Source: Haliotis rubra
Taxonomy: Eukaryota
DNA length: 64,000 nt
Reading direction: 5' to 3'
NCBI RefSeq assembly: GCF_003918875.1
Contig: NW_025764891.1
Coordinates: forward strand, 2,418,001 to 2,482,000
Made by a program: the position numbers and the translations under genes. Positions 25,101-35,310 of the stretch are shown here, piece after piece. The notes below the pieces were generated by a model. It worked only from the letters and a program-made list of their open reading frames with translations, did no database searches and was not told where the DNA came from. The stretch's first letter is position 1. Each line of letters begins with the position of its first letter.

Positions 25101-28100
25101 CAGTGCTTGCACTCGGCATCCAAGAATGATCCAGACAGGCTCCAATGGGTTCAGATCCGGGCTCATAGCAGGCCATGGAAGTTTGGTTACAGTGTTGTTG
25201 GAGAAAAATTGTCACGAGTCGGGAACGATGTGGTCGGGCGTTGTCATCCATAAATACAGACCGAGTGGCTATTGGGTGGTTATCAAAACGTGGCACAAGA
25301 ACAGGATCCAGAATGAGATTCTTGAGAGGCATTTAGAAGTTGGTGAATATATAAGACAAGTATATGGATGGCAACTTCTTGCTTATTGTATAACAATGTT
25401 TCTGGGCTACTTCTTCCCCTTGTTCAGGTGATTAAAGACATTTATCCAGCCTCCTGTAAGAATGTCGAGTTTTGATTGGTTCACTTGACTCTGATAAAAT
25501 ACCATGTACACCCGTCACGATCCACGAGCAGGGAGTACTAAAGTCATATTATCCCGCCACACCTCAGTGACCACGTGAGAAAAGCGTGCATCGCCAAGCC
25601 TTTGGTAACGTGCGCTGCATTGAGGTCAATCGATCAGCTGGTGTCAACATGGCAGCAAGGAAACGTTTTGACACAACAACTGAGAATGAAATTGATGTGT
25701 ATTGTTTTCTTTTGATTTAGTAAAAACATTCGGCTAGATAAATGCGTTATCACATCGTGTCTCGGGAAATACGGGGTTTTATCAGTCCCTCGTAAGGTTG
25801 TATTCCCCTCGCCAGACTTATAATGTAGAAAGCAAACTATATATACCAGATTTACTGGAAGCCAGATATGTACATGTATATACAATCAATCACAGAGGAC
25901 CCATCAAGAGCAGTTATAAGAACAATTAAAATTGGGATATGGTAAAGACAGTTGACACAAATAAGGAACAGATGTTCTTAGGCTCACAGGCACTGTTCTT
26001 GGTCCCCTAGACTCACTGACGCCCGTCTGTGACGTGCAATAAAAAATGACTCATATCCGACCAATGCACCTTCCTCCCTGACGTCAAATTCTAATGACAT
26101 CTGATTTAAACACCACTCCAAGTGAGCTCTCTTGTGAAGATTGGTCAAGGCTGGACGCTTGGTCACCCTTCTTGCCCCTCATCCCATGTGCCTTTATACT
26201 GTTTCTTACATTCCTATTGTCTGTTGGGGAGCCATAGGTGCTTCAGGACGCCACTGGTAGCGAAAGGCTGACGTCTCGCATCCCGATCCTTAACTTTATT
26301 TCCAATTTGTATTTCAGTACACCAGGGTTACATGTTTGTACAGTTAGGGTTGTTAGTGTGGATTCTGTTACGGTTTCTTTAAGTGTAATTGGCTCTTCAA
26401 GTATATCGAATAAATCTTCTTTCATTTCCGGAGTATCTGTTGTTTATAGTATGTTTTCAGCTATCTCATGGTCAGTTTCAGTTTGCTCAGCATATAATGT
26501 CTCATAAAAAAGTTTTAATTCATTTCTTATTTCTTTTCTATCAGTTATTATACAGTTATTACTATCTATCTATCCTTAACTCTCTTCTTTGGGGGTTGAC
26601 CTGGCCTTGGTCAGTCCATAACCTTGTTGGTTTGATGGTGTTTTCGACTTATGACAGTGTGGTGAATGTCAAGCTGTCGCCCAATAGCCCTGTATAGTGC
26701 ATGAGAATGTTGTGATGCTGGTAAAGACCTTAGGTACAGTGATAACACATACTACTCTCCTAGATACAACACTAACTCGCAAAGAACATGCACAAACAGA
26801 CAAAAATGTCATGCACTGAAACCAAGGAAAAATTTGCTAATCAAAACTAATCAGAAACAGGTCCCACAGCTTTAGAACTAATCATGCTGATACTACCTAT
26901 GTCAAAGAGATACTGCAGGAGTCCACATAAACATTAACCACTGTGTCAATCTGGATTCTCATTACCCACCCTAAAGTAGCTTCAGGAGCTATCAGTTAAC
27001 ACTAATGGTTGCATCCTCAAGAAACATGCAATTTACATCTGACAAATTCCTGGGACAACAGCAAATTATGAAATATCAAAAATGTTATTTCATTTTCATT
27101 CTGATTTTAGTTTTCTAATGTTGGTCACAGTTTCAATAACCAATTTAAACAAATGAAACCCCTTAGAACATTGCTGACTATATCAAAGCAGTGCATAAAT
27201 GAATAAAGAAAGGTAATCCTGAAGTCTGTCCTACCATCACCATTCTCTTCCCACAGAGGTTACTTGTCATATCTTCCTACGAACCTCTGTTCTAATACGG
27301 CCATATTTCCTGGTTCTCGTAAAATCCCCTAGCGGCAAAAGATCGCAACACGAATTATCTCCCTTCTTTCTATCCAATCAGAACACGTGTTACATCGACT
27401 TAGATTCAACTTGACTAACACAAGCAAATGCGGGGCCACAAATATCCCCCATCTGCTGGGGAATTGTGTTGATGTTACACACAAGACATTTAATGGCTAG
27501 CTTGTCCGTTGTCAACGAGGGCGATGGAGACGCCACTGATCCGCCATAACATGACTGAGTTCTGTCTAGAAAAACATTTGCGCGCGCGGGGAAGAAATTT
27601 AGTTTTTCTCGAAGCATATGGAAATTACCGAGGCCTTGCGAATGATCACTTTTGAAACAACGTCGCTGATTGCACAACTAAATCTGATTGCCTCCAATCA
27701 CAAGTCTTGAACGCTCACACCATGAAAGGGCCGTATTATAACAGAGGTTACGTAGGAAGATATGACAGGAGTAACCTCTGTGGGAAGAGAATGTACCATC
27801 ACCGGACAGTCTAAATAAAACTGACAAGCATGAACAGATAAAGCTTGTGTTGTTGGTGGGTAAACATAGGATACATTGACTACAGAGTATAGGGAGACAG
27901 GGACGAGGATGTAGTTACCTGTTGTCCGAGTGAGGATGTCAACAAAGTCCGGGGGCAGGATACTCTCCGAGCTGGCTGACGACAGCATGGATTCTAGAAC
28001 CTCCTTGATGTTCAGCTGAATAAACTCACTGAGATTCATGGCAGGCACCACAAACAGTTGACAGTTGGCATCCTGCACTGCCATCCCAAACACGGCCAGT

Positions 28101-30120
28101 AGAACCTAGATCCAGAACAGGATTAAACAGAGTAGTGAGTTGGATTTCACAGAAGTACCAACGTGGGAATTAAACCTGGGACTTTAGTGTGATAAGGCTA
28201 CAAGTTCACCACTTGGCTATTCAACCTACTGCACATAAAATGACTGAGTGGTACCATAATCATGAATACCGATCTGATAATATTACTGAAACTAACTAAA
28301 AAAATCTAATCTAATAACAGATTGTTAATGCATTCAGAAAAGCACATCAGATTCACTAAACTGTATATTCACAGTAACTTGCCTCTTAGTCCAAATAGCA
28401 ACATCCAGGCAATGCTAGATGGAATAGTTGTCTATCCCAAAGTTTACTTTTTTTCACACAATCACCAGTCCAAAATGATTTGGGTACTAGCTGAATATGA
28501 ACTTATTACAGATATCCAGTGTGTTGGGTTATATCTTTCTTTAACATTTCAAATCCTTGATCATTAATTGAAAACAGCTCATATAGGCTGAGGATTCAGA
28601 TACTTGCAACCACAAAACCATTGGTACACAAAAATACAACAGGCTACATACCTTTGCCAGTTCAAATTCAATGTGTTCATCTTCCTTGTCACCAGATGAC
28701 AAAATCAGATCAAAATCAATCAGTTTCGATTCCACAAAGTTTACTTTGAAAACACCTGTAAGAAATGGTCATATCATTGTTATAATTTTATAAACTCCAC
28801 TGAATACATGTACACAGCACAAAATATGTACAAAAACCATAGGAAACATGCATATATTGCTTGCTTCAACATGAATTCAATGAAAAAATATTTTCAACTT
28901 GGCCAGTGATAACTTGATTGTGACAAGGGAAAACATTTTGACCAATGTAGCACTTGTTTTCACAATTCTTGAAAAAAGTTTGAAAATATTACAGACAGTA
29001 ACTTATGACATTAGCCCTTAATAGTTTCTTCAGAAAGACTTCCCCCCGTATTCCCCCCTTAAATTTCATATCACCTAAATATATATTCCTCATCTGATAA
29101 GGGTGACTTTTAACATGTTTCTTTAATTGTATCTGAACTAATGAAAGACATAACCAACTTCAAAAAATGCCACTCAAAGGAATTGTTCCTCATATTTAAA
29201 ATTTAAGGGGAATACAGGTGAAGTCTTACTGTTTCTTCAACCAAGCAAACAGGTTAACAATATCACCAACATTTCCGCAGACTGGAACACCTATACACAC
29301 ACATACATTACTTACCTTCTAAAACCTCACGGATGAAGTCTAGTCGCTGTTTTACTTCAGTTATTTCTTCCTTACACTCAAACTGTTCCCTGTGCAAGTA
29401 GATACATATGAACCATGTAAACAATACAGATTTATGTGATAGCATGTGGGTTTAGATTTAGAATAGAAATATTATTGTTAGCATCCAATCTATTAGCTAT
29501 CAACTATCAAGAATTCCAATTTATTTCAATTGCTCTGGTTATTAATACTGAACTAAATGCTTCTAAGTGATGTCATAGAAAAATGATAACAGCACTTACA
29601 ATAATTTCAGTAAATCAAAAAGTCGCTTTCCATCTCGTAGATCAAACAAAGATTTGATCTGCTTTTCTTCATCCACAGAATTAACCTGAAACAGTCAACA
29701 AAACTTCATAGAATTAACAAAACCGCTTAGATAGTTCACTCTGGGAAGATGTGCAATACAGAGCTTTTCAAGAGGCAAATACTTGGCCCCCAGTCTGCAC
29801 CAAAACATGCTTGGTTGGAATTAGAAGGTTCTACTTGATGCTATGCAAGAAATGCTTGTTTCATGACTGAAGGCTTTCTATGCCAACAGGACCAATAAAG
29901 TGGAAGAGGATTTTATGATTAGTTTTATGTTGCCTGCATTCAATGTAATGTTAAATTAAAATACACCTGAAATGATTTAAAATCCCACTTTGTTTCTCCC
30001 AACAAGTATGAAACTACTACACCTTGTACGAGACTGGGTGTTGTTTTCAACATTGATGATTGAACAGTCTTCAGACATACTTACCCACTCAATGAGTGTT
30101 GTTCTCTTTGCTGGATCCAT
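1173..30120 (-). CDS. NUMA1: Nuclear mitotic apparatus protein 1 (NuMA) orthologue, multi-exon, roughly 2,700 aa; several apparent frameshifts in this sequence
   Basis: Coding exons read on the minus strand with GT-AG ends and matching phases except where noted: 30120-30085 (MDPAKRTTLIEW), 29685-29600 (VNSVDEEKQIKSLFDLRDGKRLFDLLKL), 29389-29316 (..QRLDFIREVLE), 28755-28652 (..EFELAK), 28105-27919, 22349/22304-22236 (tentative), 21524-21376 (..SSPIGEFMQSP), 20172-20134 (tentative), 17876-17753, 17489-17372, 17206-17101, 16802-16586, 16300-16140 (GESMSVVSD, Spindly-like), 15393-15118, 14902-10591 (frameshifted), 10219-10148, 10031-9858, 9157-8804, 8427-8226, 7391-7203 (KVRTLENQLEFADRQVRE), ~6560-6471 (garbled), 6181-6040, 5325-5051 (CEDEPPLDFEWNRLSELKRRNTLCLPHMKSSYPVETQ), 4529-4287 (PGPPTP), 3707-~3458/3437 (SDRRES..FSIGFSP, frameshifted), 1223-1173. 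These motifs match my recollection of human NuMA in order: LLSWVNS, ERLDF, ELELAK, SPMGDILQTP, QVRSLEAQVAHADQQLR, CQDEPEQLDDWNRIAELQQRNRVCPPHLKTCYPLE, DRRQSMAFSILNTP. Confidence 0.9.
1755..2316. mobile_element. MITE with about 65-bp TIRs and 9-bp TSD (copy 1)
   Basis: TIR CATTCTCTTCCCACAGAGGTTACTCCTGTCATATCTTCCTACATAACCTCTGTTCTAATACG and its reverse complement ending at 2316. Flanks gtgaaacat / atgaaacat. Confidence 0.9.
5559..5979. mobile_element. Tc1/mariner-type MITE
   Basis: Perfect 26-bp TIR CTACCCATCAAAAGTTTAGACTCACT with TA on both sides. Confidence 0.85.
6570..7135. repeat. Degenerate 24-bp minisatellite (ATCAGCAACATTCAACACTACTCC) mixed with exon fragments
   Basis: The unit recurs many times in irregular, truncated form. 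Confidence 0.85.
7585..7997 (+). mobile_element. DINE/HINE-like (non-autonomous Helentron-type) element
   Basis: Starts AACAAG. Two tandem cores about 152 bp apart (tcccccaatgtaggctgtc..catgagatat), internal palindrome gtgaccttga..tcaaggtcac, (GGAC)n microsatellite, then atagtccccc. This is the layout typical of these elements. Confidence 0.55.
9217..9457 (-). mobile_element. Family A SINE with an extra partial tail segment
   Basis: Reverse complement of the family A consensus. TSD tacagatacag at 9206-9216 and 9458-9468. Confidence 0.8.
10591..14902 (-). CDS. NUMA1: Giant coiled-coil exon of NuMA (4312 nt)
   Basis: Overlaps ORF 10817-14908 (1363 aa, E/Q/K/L-rich heptads). Acceptor ttgcag at 14903-14908 and donor AGG|gtaagg at 10591/10590. 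Two frameshifts near 10830 and 10754 separate the main ORF from ORF 10558-10752. Confidence 0.88.
13427..14434 (-). repeat. Coding tandem repeat, 16 x 63 bp (21-aa unit EKEELQQAQAQLLEKHQQEIR / ..EEQQQAIR)
   Basis: 16 consecutive 21-aa units counted in the translation, from ENEELQQTKAQ to EKEDLLQAQTELLQKHQEEIR. The DNA units are near-identical. Confidence 0.95.
15412..15580 (-). mobile_element. Family A SINE just upstream of a NuMA splice acceptor
   Basis: Full-length copy. TSD cacaatcacaag at 15400-15411 and 15581-15592. Confidence 0.9.
15723..15963. mobile_element. MITE with CAGGG termini (hAT-like)
   Basis: CAGGGTTTTACA ... TGTAAAACCCTG with gatatc on both sides. Confidence 0.65.
18295..19447. 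repeat. Complex repeat: 150-bp tandem duplication, a second duplicated unit of about 250 bp, and a terminal 51-bp-arm hairpin
   Basis: tgtaaaccaaaagtcactgtgttctttaatctgattggttgaaaa at 18301 and 18451. ttgtgacgtaaagt..ggaatgacgt at 18611 and 19156. Inverted arms at 19340-19390 and 19397-19447. Confidence 0.8.
18656..18933 (-). mobile_element. Family B SINE-like retroposon, full length
   Basis: (ACTC)n tail and 13-bp TSD gagcagttccaga (18643-18655, 18934-18946). Homologous copies lie near 1, 39215, 41035, 43979, 45680, 52122 and 61003. Confidence 0.88.
23239..24280. mobile_element. Nested MITE, possibly Kolobok-type
   Basis: About 28-bp imperfect TIR: AGTGCTGTCGGAAATAGAAACAAAACTGT vs ACAGTTTTTTTCTATTTCCGACAGTACT. 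TTAA follows the right end; the left flank is not TTAA. Confidence 0.55.
25441..25820 (+). mobile_element. Insert in the Tc1 remnant, possibly an internally deleted Crypton-like element
   Basis: Breaks Tc1 homology. The short ORF start MAARKRFDTTTENEID at 25649 resembles N-termini of Crypton-type tyrosine-recombinase proteins (from memory only). Confidence 0.3.
26365..26570 (-). mobile_element. L1/Tx1-type LINE ORF2 fragment
   Basis: Translates as ITDRKEIRNELKLFYETLY..MKEDLFDILEEPITLKE, which resembles the region just before the RT domain of L1/Tx1 ORF2. One in-frame stop. Confidence 0.55.
27241..27793. mobile_element. Same MITE family, copy 2, in the opposite orientation
   Basis: Same TIRs; the interior is the reverse complement of 1820-2250. 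Perfect 9-bp TSD taccatcac at 27232-27240 and 27794-27802. Confidence 0.92.
29031..29231. mobile_element. Small MITE with CAG termini
   Basis: About 33-bp imperfect TIR: CAGAAAGACTTCCCCCCGTATTCCCCCCTTAAATTT vs AAATTTAAGGGGAATACAGGTGAAGTCTTACTG. tttctt flanks both sides. Confidence 0.65.
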
Positions 30121-30925
30121 TGCTGCATCTACAGTCTAAACTGAAAAATGTATGTATGTTAGTTGCATTGGTTTTAATCTTGGGTACGAAACCCCTACAT
30201 CCCTGGGACAATGTGATTGACCTAGTCCGTTAGTTATTTGCAAAGACCAAAAAGCAAAGGGGGTGGTGTTATTTACAGTATACAGTTACACACCTATAAG
30301 ATGCACAGCACTGCCACAAACGTTTCACTTCATTAGGACGCTATCTGGCAATGGTTACACCTATAAGATGCACAGCTATAGCACTGCCAAAAAAGTTACT
30401 TCCAAAATTTACTGAAAAAATCTGTACAAAATCTACAATTATGCATGCACGGCTCCGTGAGTGTTGTGTAGATTCTAGATGAATTACCATCATTAGAAGG
30501 TGCACAAGTACCATATATCACCGAATCATTAACGATTTGACCAATCCGTTCAAATAAAATCGCACATTACTAATGTGTGTTCAAGTGATCCTAACATAGA
30601 TGCCGTGGTTGAACAGGTTCTTTCAAATGTGTTGAATCCTAAATAGTGGTAGATCAAATATATGATCTTAATATTTCATATCGAACAGTCATACAAGACC
30701 AATAGATCTGAGAAGAGGTTTGGCTTCACATTAAGCACGCAAAAATCCAGGTGACCTAGATTGCAATCAAAACAGACACTGAAACCGACATCACTTGTCC
30801 AGCGAAGAATCACGAAATCACACACGTATTCAAACGGCTGTCCACACATATATCCGGACAAAACATTGTAGATAAACGTGCAATTCATAAATTGTAGTTT
30901 ATATTTCATATGGTTAGTTCCTTAC

Positions 30926-31165
30926 CTTAAACTAGCCTCATATTGTTTATCATCGTCAATGTTTATGGAAATTATCACGTCTTCCTATGAGGACAGCGAC
31001 TGACTTCTTTCCTTTGTAACTTCAAATTCAGCGGCTTCAATTTCGGCGAATCCCGTGATAGGACCGGATATCACCGAGGCCGGCTCGCGGGAGGCTTCTC
31101 ATCAGTCGAGTGAACACGAGTGTCGCTCGGCTGTTCCCGGTGGTAAAAGTCGCCAATTTCGAATT
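30926..31165 (-). promoter_or_regulatory. Putative NuMA non-coding first exon and promoter
   Basis: Minus-strand donor AAG|gtaagg at 30926/30925 upstream of the ATG exon (acceptor at 30141-30143). Local CpG-rich patch at about 31030-31160. CHR-like TTTGAA (minus, 31021-31026), CCAAT at 31153-31157 and TTCGAA at 31158-31163. Confidence 0.45.
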
Positions 31166-31394
31166 GTTTTGATCACAAGTACTACTTTACTTACGACTGC
31201 ATTCTTTTAACAGAAGTGTTAATGAACATCAGTTGATTGATGAAAACAAAATGTTAAAAAAACAACTATTCTTTGTTCAAAAATCAGAATCTACAGGATT
31301 TCAAAGTTGATGGAAAACGCTGAAAAACAGAAATATATAAAAATATGTTTGATTGTCAGATGGTAATGTCACGGTTCAATATAGACGAATGTAA

Positions 31395-31874
31395 GGGACC
31401 GTTCATGATTTATGCCTACAGGGTGATGATGATTCTGATGGAGAAGCATGTACAATGTGAATGACCTCCCTAAAAAAATTATGTACAAGGTAAGTGCGCT
31501 CCCCCTCCCTCCCATGTCATGTAAAAATGAACATACGCACACACATGTAGCAGGGCGTGTTGTCATCCCACAGATGACATCCTTACCTTGTCAGCTTGCT
31601 GACAGGGTTAACCTCTTTGAACAAGGCGTCCGACTTCGGATTAGAAGGTCCGTTGTTAGAATCCCAGCACGGGACTCGGAAATTTTATGGCCGCTACACA
31701 CACCCTTTCCCATATTTGTTAAGCATTATTATGTACATAATTGCTGACCCCCCCTAGAGTATGTGTACAAAATTGATCACCCCCTACCTCCCAGAACCAC
31801 GCGCACACACACAGAACCAGACACACACACACACACCCCGACACCCCCAAAAGCCATAAATTATGAATGGTCCC
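31395..31874. mobile_element. PIF/Harbinger-type MITE
   Basis: GGGACCGTTCATGATTTATG ... CATAAATTATGAATGGTCCC with a TAA TSD on both sides. Confidence 0.8.
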
Positions 31875-34721
31875 TAAACATTCTGCTGTCGGCATTTATT
31901 AACAGAAATTTAAATAAGTAGAGTTCATTAAAATGAGGTTTGTGCACTGGTTCCAACTTCTCTTTAAACTTCAACGGTACTAATGTTTCTGTACAAACTG
32001 ATCTAACCTATTATTATAATAATAATAATGATAATAATAGGCCATTTATATAGCGCCTAACCTATTCTTTCCCATTCAAGGGTTTACTTTCCCACATATT
32101 CCAGTTCAAACACAGTGATAAACGGGAAAATGTTCGAACCATGAGCACTCCATCATTGTACTTCAATGTATCCGTATCCTCAGATCAGTTCGGTGCATAT
32201 ACTTGGTCATGTTAATAAACATTCCAGAGAAATTCCTATTAATAATACACGTGACACATTTTAACCGTAATCTATTTTGTGTGTTACAAAGCCACAAGAA
32301 ACAGCTGTAAAATTGAACCAAGTCCTGATGCCATCCATCGTTGATCATATCTGATAACGTCCATGTTAGTTATATAAACGTTTTGTTCATTTCTGCTACG
32401 GGCCGATCTTGTCGACCACGCAAGTCCACGATATGTATATTTGGTTATGTTGTTTTAACCGACGACAAATGAAAAATTGTTTTTCACAAATACATTCTCA
32501 GGTACGAAATATAGATTCGAACCGTTGAAATACATTAAGAGAAATATATAATAATATTGCAACTGGTGCTAAGTCAGTGTTGTTGGAAAAGATTGATACA
32601 GACGAAGTAGGGTCGAAAAATGTTAGATTTGGGTTTATAGTCACAACGAATTTTTTCACCACATTAGAAATCTTAACAACTAAACCCACCCGGCAAGAAA
32701 TATAAACCCAAAACAACACGCGGTTGAGTTACCTCTGAACTCTTCAATGCCTAAATGTCCAAGTCTAATAGGTCTTTAGAAACTAACACCAACTATACTT
32801 CATGTCTGTTCTTTTTCGTGTGGTCTTTGAACATTTTGTTTGTGGTCATTTAATTGGACCTTTAATTTGGACCATTCTGACTCATTTTGACATTTTGTTG
32901 TGTGGCAGTTATTATTTTGGTGTCTTTGGACATTTTAAGTAAGTATATCTGGTTATTTGAGTGTCTATAACCATTCTGACGTGTTCGCCGTTTGATTTTC
33001 TGCCAATGCAGTTGGTATCCATGAAACAGACGTTTGTATATCGGATCTGACACATGACTTTGCCGTCGTTTAGTATGTACATGATTTTAGTACAGTGTGC
33101 TCAACATCATGATTGCCGCAATAAAATATTATTTACCTTATATTTACAAATACAACGTATTTTGGGGTATTTTTCCAATTTAATTTATTTTCAGCCATTT
33201 TACAATATTGCACAGATTCCACATAGTTTCTTGACAGTAGGGGTATATAAATTCAAGGTTTGGTAGGTCAGAATCGTTTTTGTTTTAAAGAGATGTTCCA
33301 TACCAGCTGGTATCGGCAATAAAGCAATTATTATTCAACCGACTGTTGCAAACTTTTCGACTTTAGTGATCAGAAATATTGCAAATATATCTGTTGATTA
33401 CAGTTTTGATTACAGTTTCGGCTTTGATATGTCTATAGATAATACTAATTGTGGGTATGCAAATGTTCTCCCTGTGATATGTTATCTATTGTTTCATATA
33501 TTCGTATACTTGACATGAGAGAATCAAAGTGTTGTACACATTCCCTGATGATTCGAACGGGAAATCTTTATGGTCATGTTCATCATAGGAAACTATACAA
33601 AACAGTGATCTATACCATATGTAAACCATAGTATACGCATTTTGTTATCAGCTTGTTATCGGGTTCTGGACGATGGAAGGTCGTGAAATATGTAATAAGG
33701 TGTAAAGAAATAGTATACCACTGTTTTTAAGTTAAAGCTCTCAACAGCGGAAATGCGCTCCCTACGTATTTTGAATGATTGAACAGCGCTGTAGAGGAGC
33801 ATTGGCAGTGTTTCCAAAAATAACTTCAGCTTCAACTCTTTCAGCCGTTGTCCCCAGTAACCAACATGGCTGGAGGTTGAGAGTACGGTTGAAAGAGATT
33901 TAGCCCAACATATCCTGCGCCATCTCTTGAAATAACACCTCTATGTTGAAGATGTCGGGGACAAGGTACTCATGAGCCCATTTTCGGTGATTTTGGTTAA
34001 AAGCTCCTAATTTTGGTGATGACTTACGCGTATATTCATTTTCAAATTTTGAAGTTTGCCATGAGTTCACAGTCTCATTGTTCAAATCCTTTCTTGACAG
34101 GTGGTACAGGGCATGTCGTATTTGACTTTGACACCTCCTTTAAGTCGGCTATTTTTGGCCTAATGGCAAACGTATAACCGAATGCATAAATCCAAAGCCG
34201 AAGACGCCTGGTATTTCATTTTAGACACTAGAAACATTTTTTGTGTGTTTTGTTTTCAAAACTGGCTGGCTTGGGAATAGGTATTTCCTGTATGGTACCA
34301 TGAAAGTAAACATGATTCCAATGTGAAAAGTTACCTCTTTTAGCCTATATAGGTGCCCCTGGTCAATTACATCTTTTGTTCAAAAAAATACATTTTATTT
34401 TTAAAAAAAATATTCAGGTCATGTTGACATATGTAAGCCCAGGGGGGAGGAAGGGGGCATCAACGGACAGGTTGCGATAACAACTTATTTGGGAACTTCT
34501 TTTATTAACCACTTTATCATTAATATCAATGTTTCAGTGGTTAGATTTTCAACATTTTTGTGATGGTCGGCAGTCATAATATTCAAGAGTTAAATTGAGG
34601 ATTTTGAAAAATAGTGGATGGGGTTGCACATTATACCCACGTCAAGATTTACCTGCAACACACCCTTGGATCCTCTAGTGATGTTAATTTCTGTCAAGTA
34701 AAATTCTTAATCTCTTGACCA

Positions 34722-34790
34722 CTCTCTCTCTCTCTCTCTATCTCGCTCTTCCTCCTCTCTCTTCCTCCTCTCCCTCTCTCTCTCTCTCTC
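34722..34790. repeat. (CT)n-rich microsatellite
   Basis: Interrupted CT/CCT run visible directly. Confidence 0.9.
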
Positions 34791-35310
34791 CAACAGCTTT
34801 CTGTCACAAAACGACCCGATGATTTTTATGAAAGCATAAAAATCACCGCCTGACGTCAACCGTTTTCAGTCCATGCCATATCGGCTCATTCCACAACACA
34901 CAGTAACTTGTAGATTACGGAATGGTACGAGTGTGCCAAATGGCATCGGAGCCTTTCTGCAATTGTCCGTAAATCACAAGACACCAAATCTATTGTCCAT
35001 GACCTATTCAACTCTTTATGTTCATTTCCGTAACATCACAGAAATGACTAGATAAATTTGCACATTGTGTAACAGTGTGGACATAGCTTAGTCGGTTAGC
35101 TGTCGGGGTAACAATCCGAAGGTCATGGATTTGTGTCCGACGGATTCTGAAAAACTGGTTGTTTGTCTTAGTGACATGTGACCTACGTCAGAGAATGTCC
35201 TCACGAGAGGTTGTGGTGTGCTGAATTCTGAAGGTGCTCCTACATTTTTAACATTTTGTGTGTCCAGGCTAACTCATCAGTTTGCATGTATGTCATTTGT
35301 TTTCTCGCAG

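Larger units (their letters stand above)
24960..26700 (-). pseudogene. Fragmented Tc1-family transposase
   Basis: HTH YRAIGRQLDIHHTVISR (26700-26640), RRVTKRPALTNLHKRAHLEWC and VHWSD-like motifs (26180-26040), and FMDDNARPHR with frameshifted SPDLNPLEHVW (25332-25100). Interrupted by insertions. Confidence 0.8.
22906..26741. mobile_element. CACTG-ended (CMC/EnSpm-like) non-autonomous element carrying nested transposon fragments
   Basis: Left CACTGTACCTAAGGT..ACCAGCATCACAACAT; right ATGTTGTGATGCTGGT..ACCTTAGGTACAGTG. AT flanks both ends (2-bp TSD). The subterminal motif GATG(CT/TC)GGTAA recurs at 22921, 23132, 23155 and 23178. Confidence 0.7.

Noticed and set aside
34113-34117. ATGTC|gtattt as the LRRC51 start exon
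   Set aside because: The phase fits, but the donor is weak and nothing else supports it, so the start is left unassigned.
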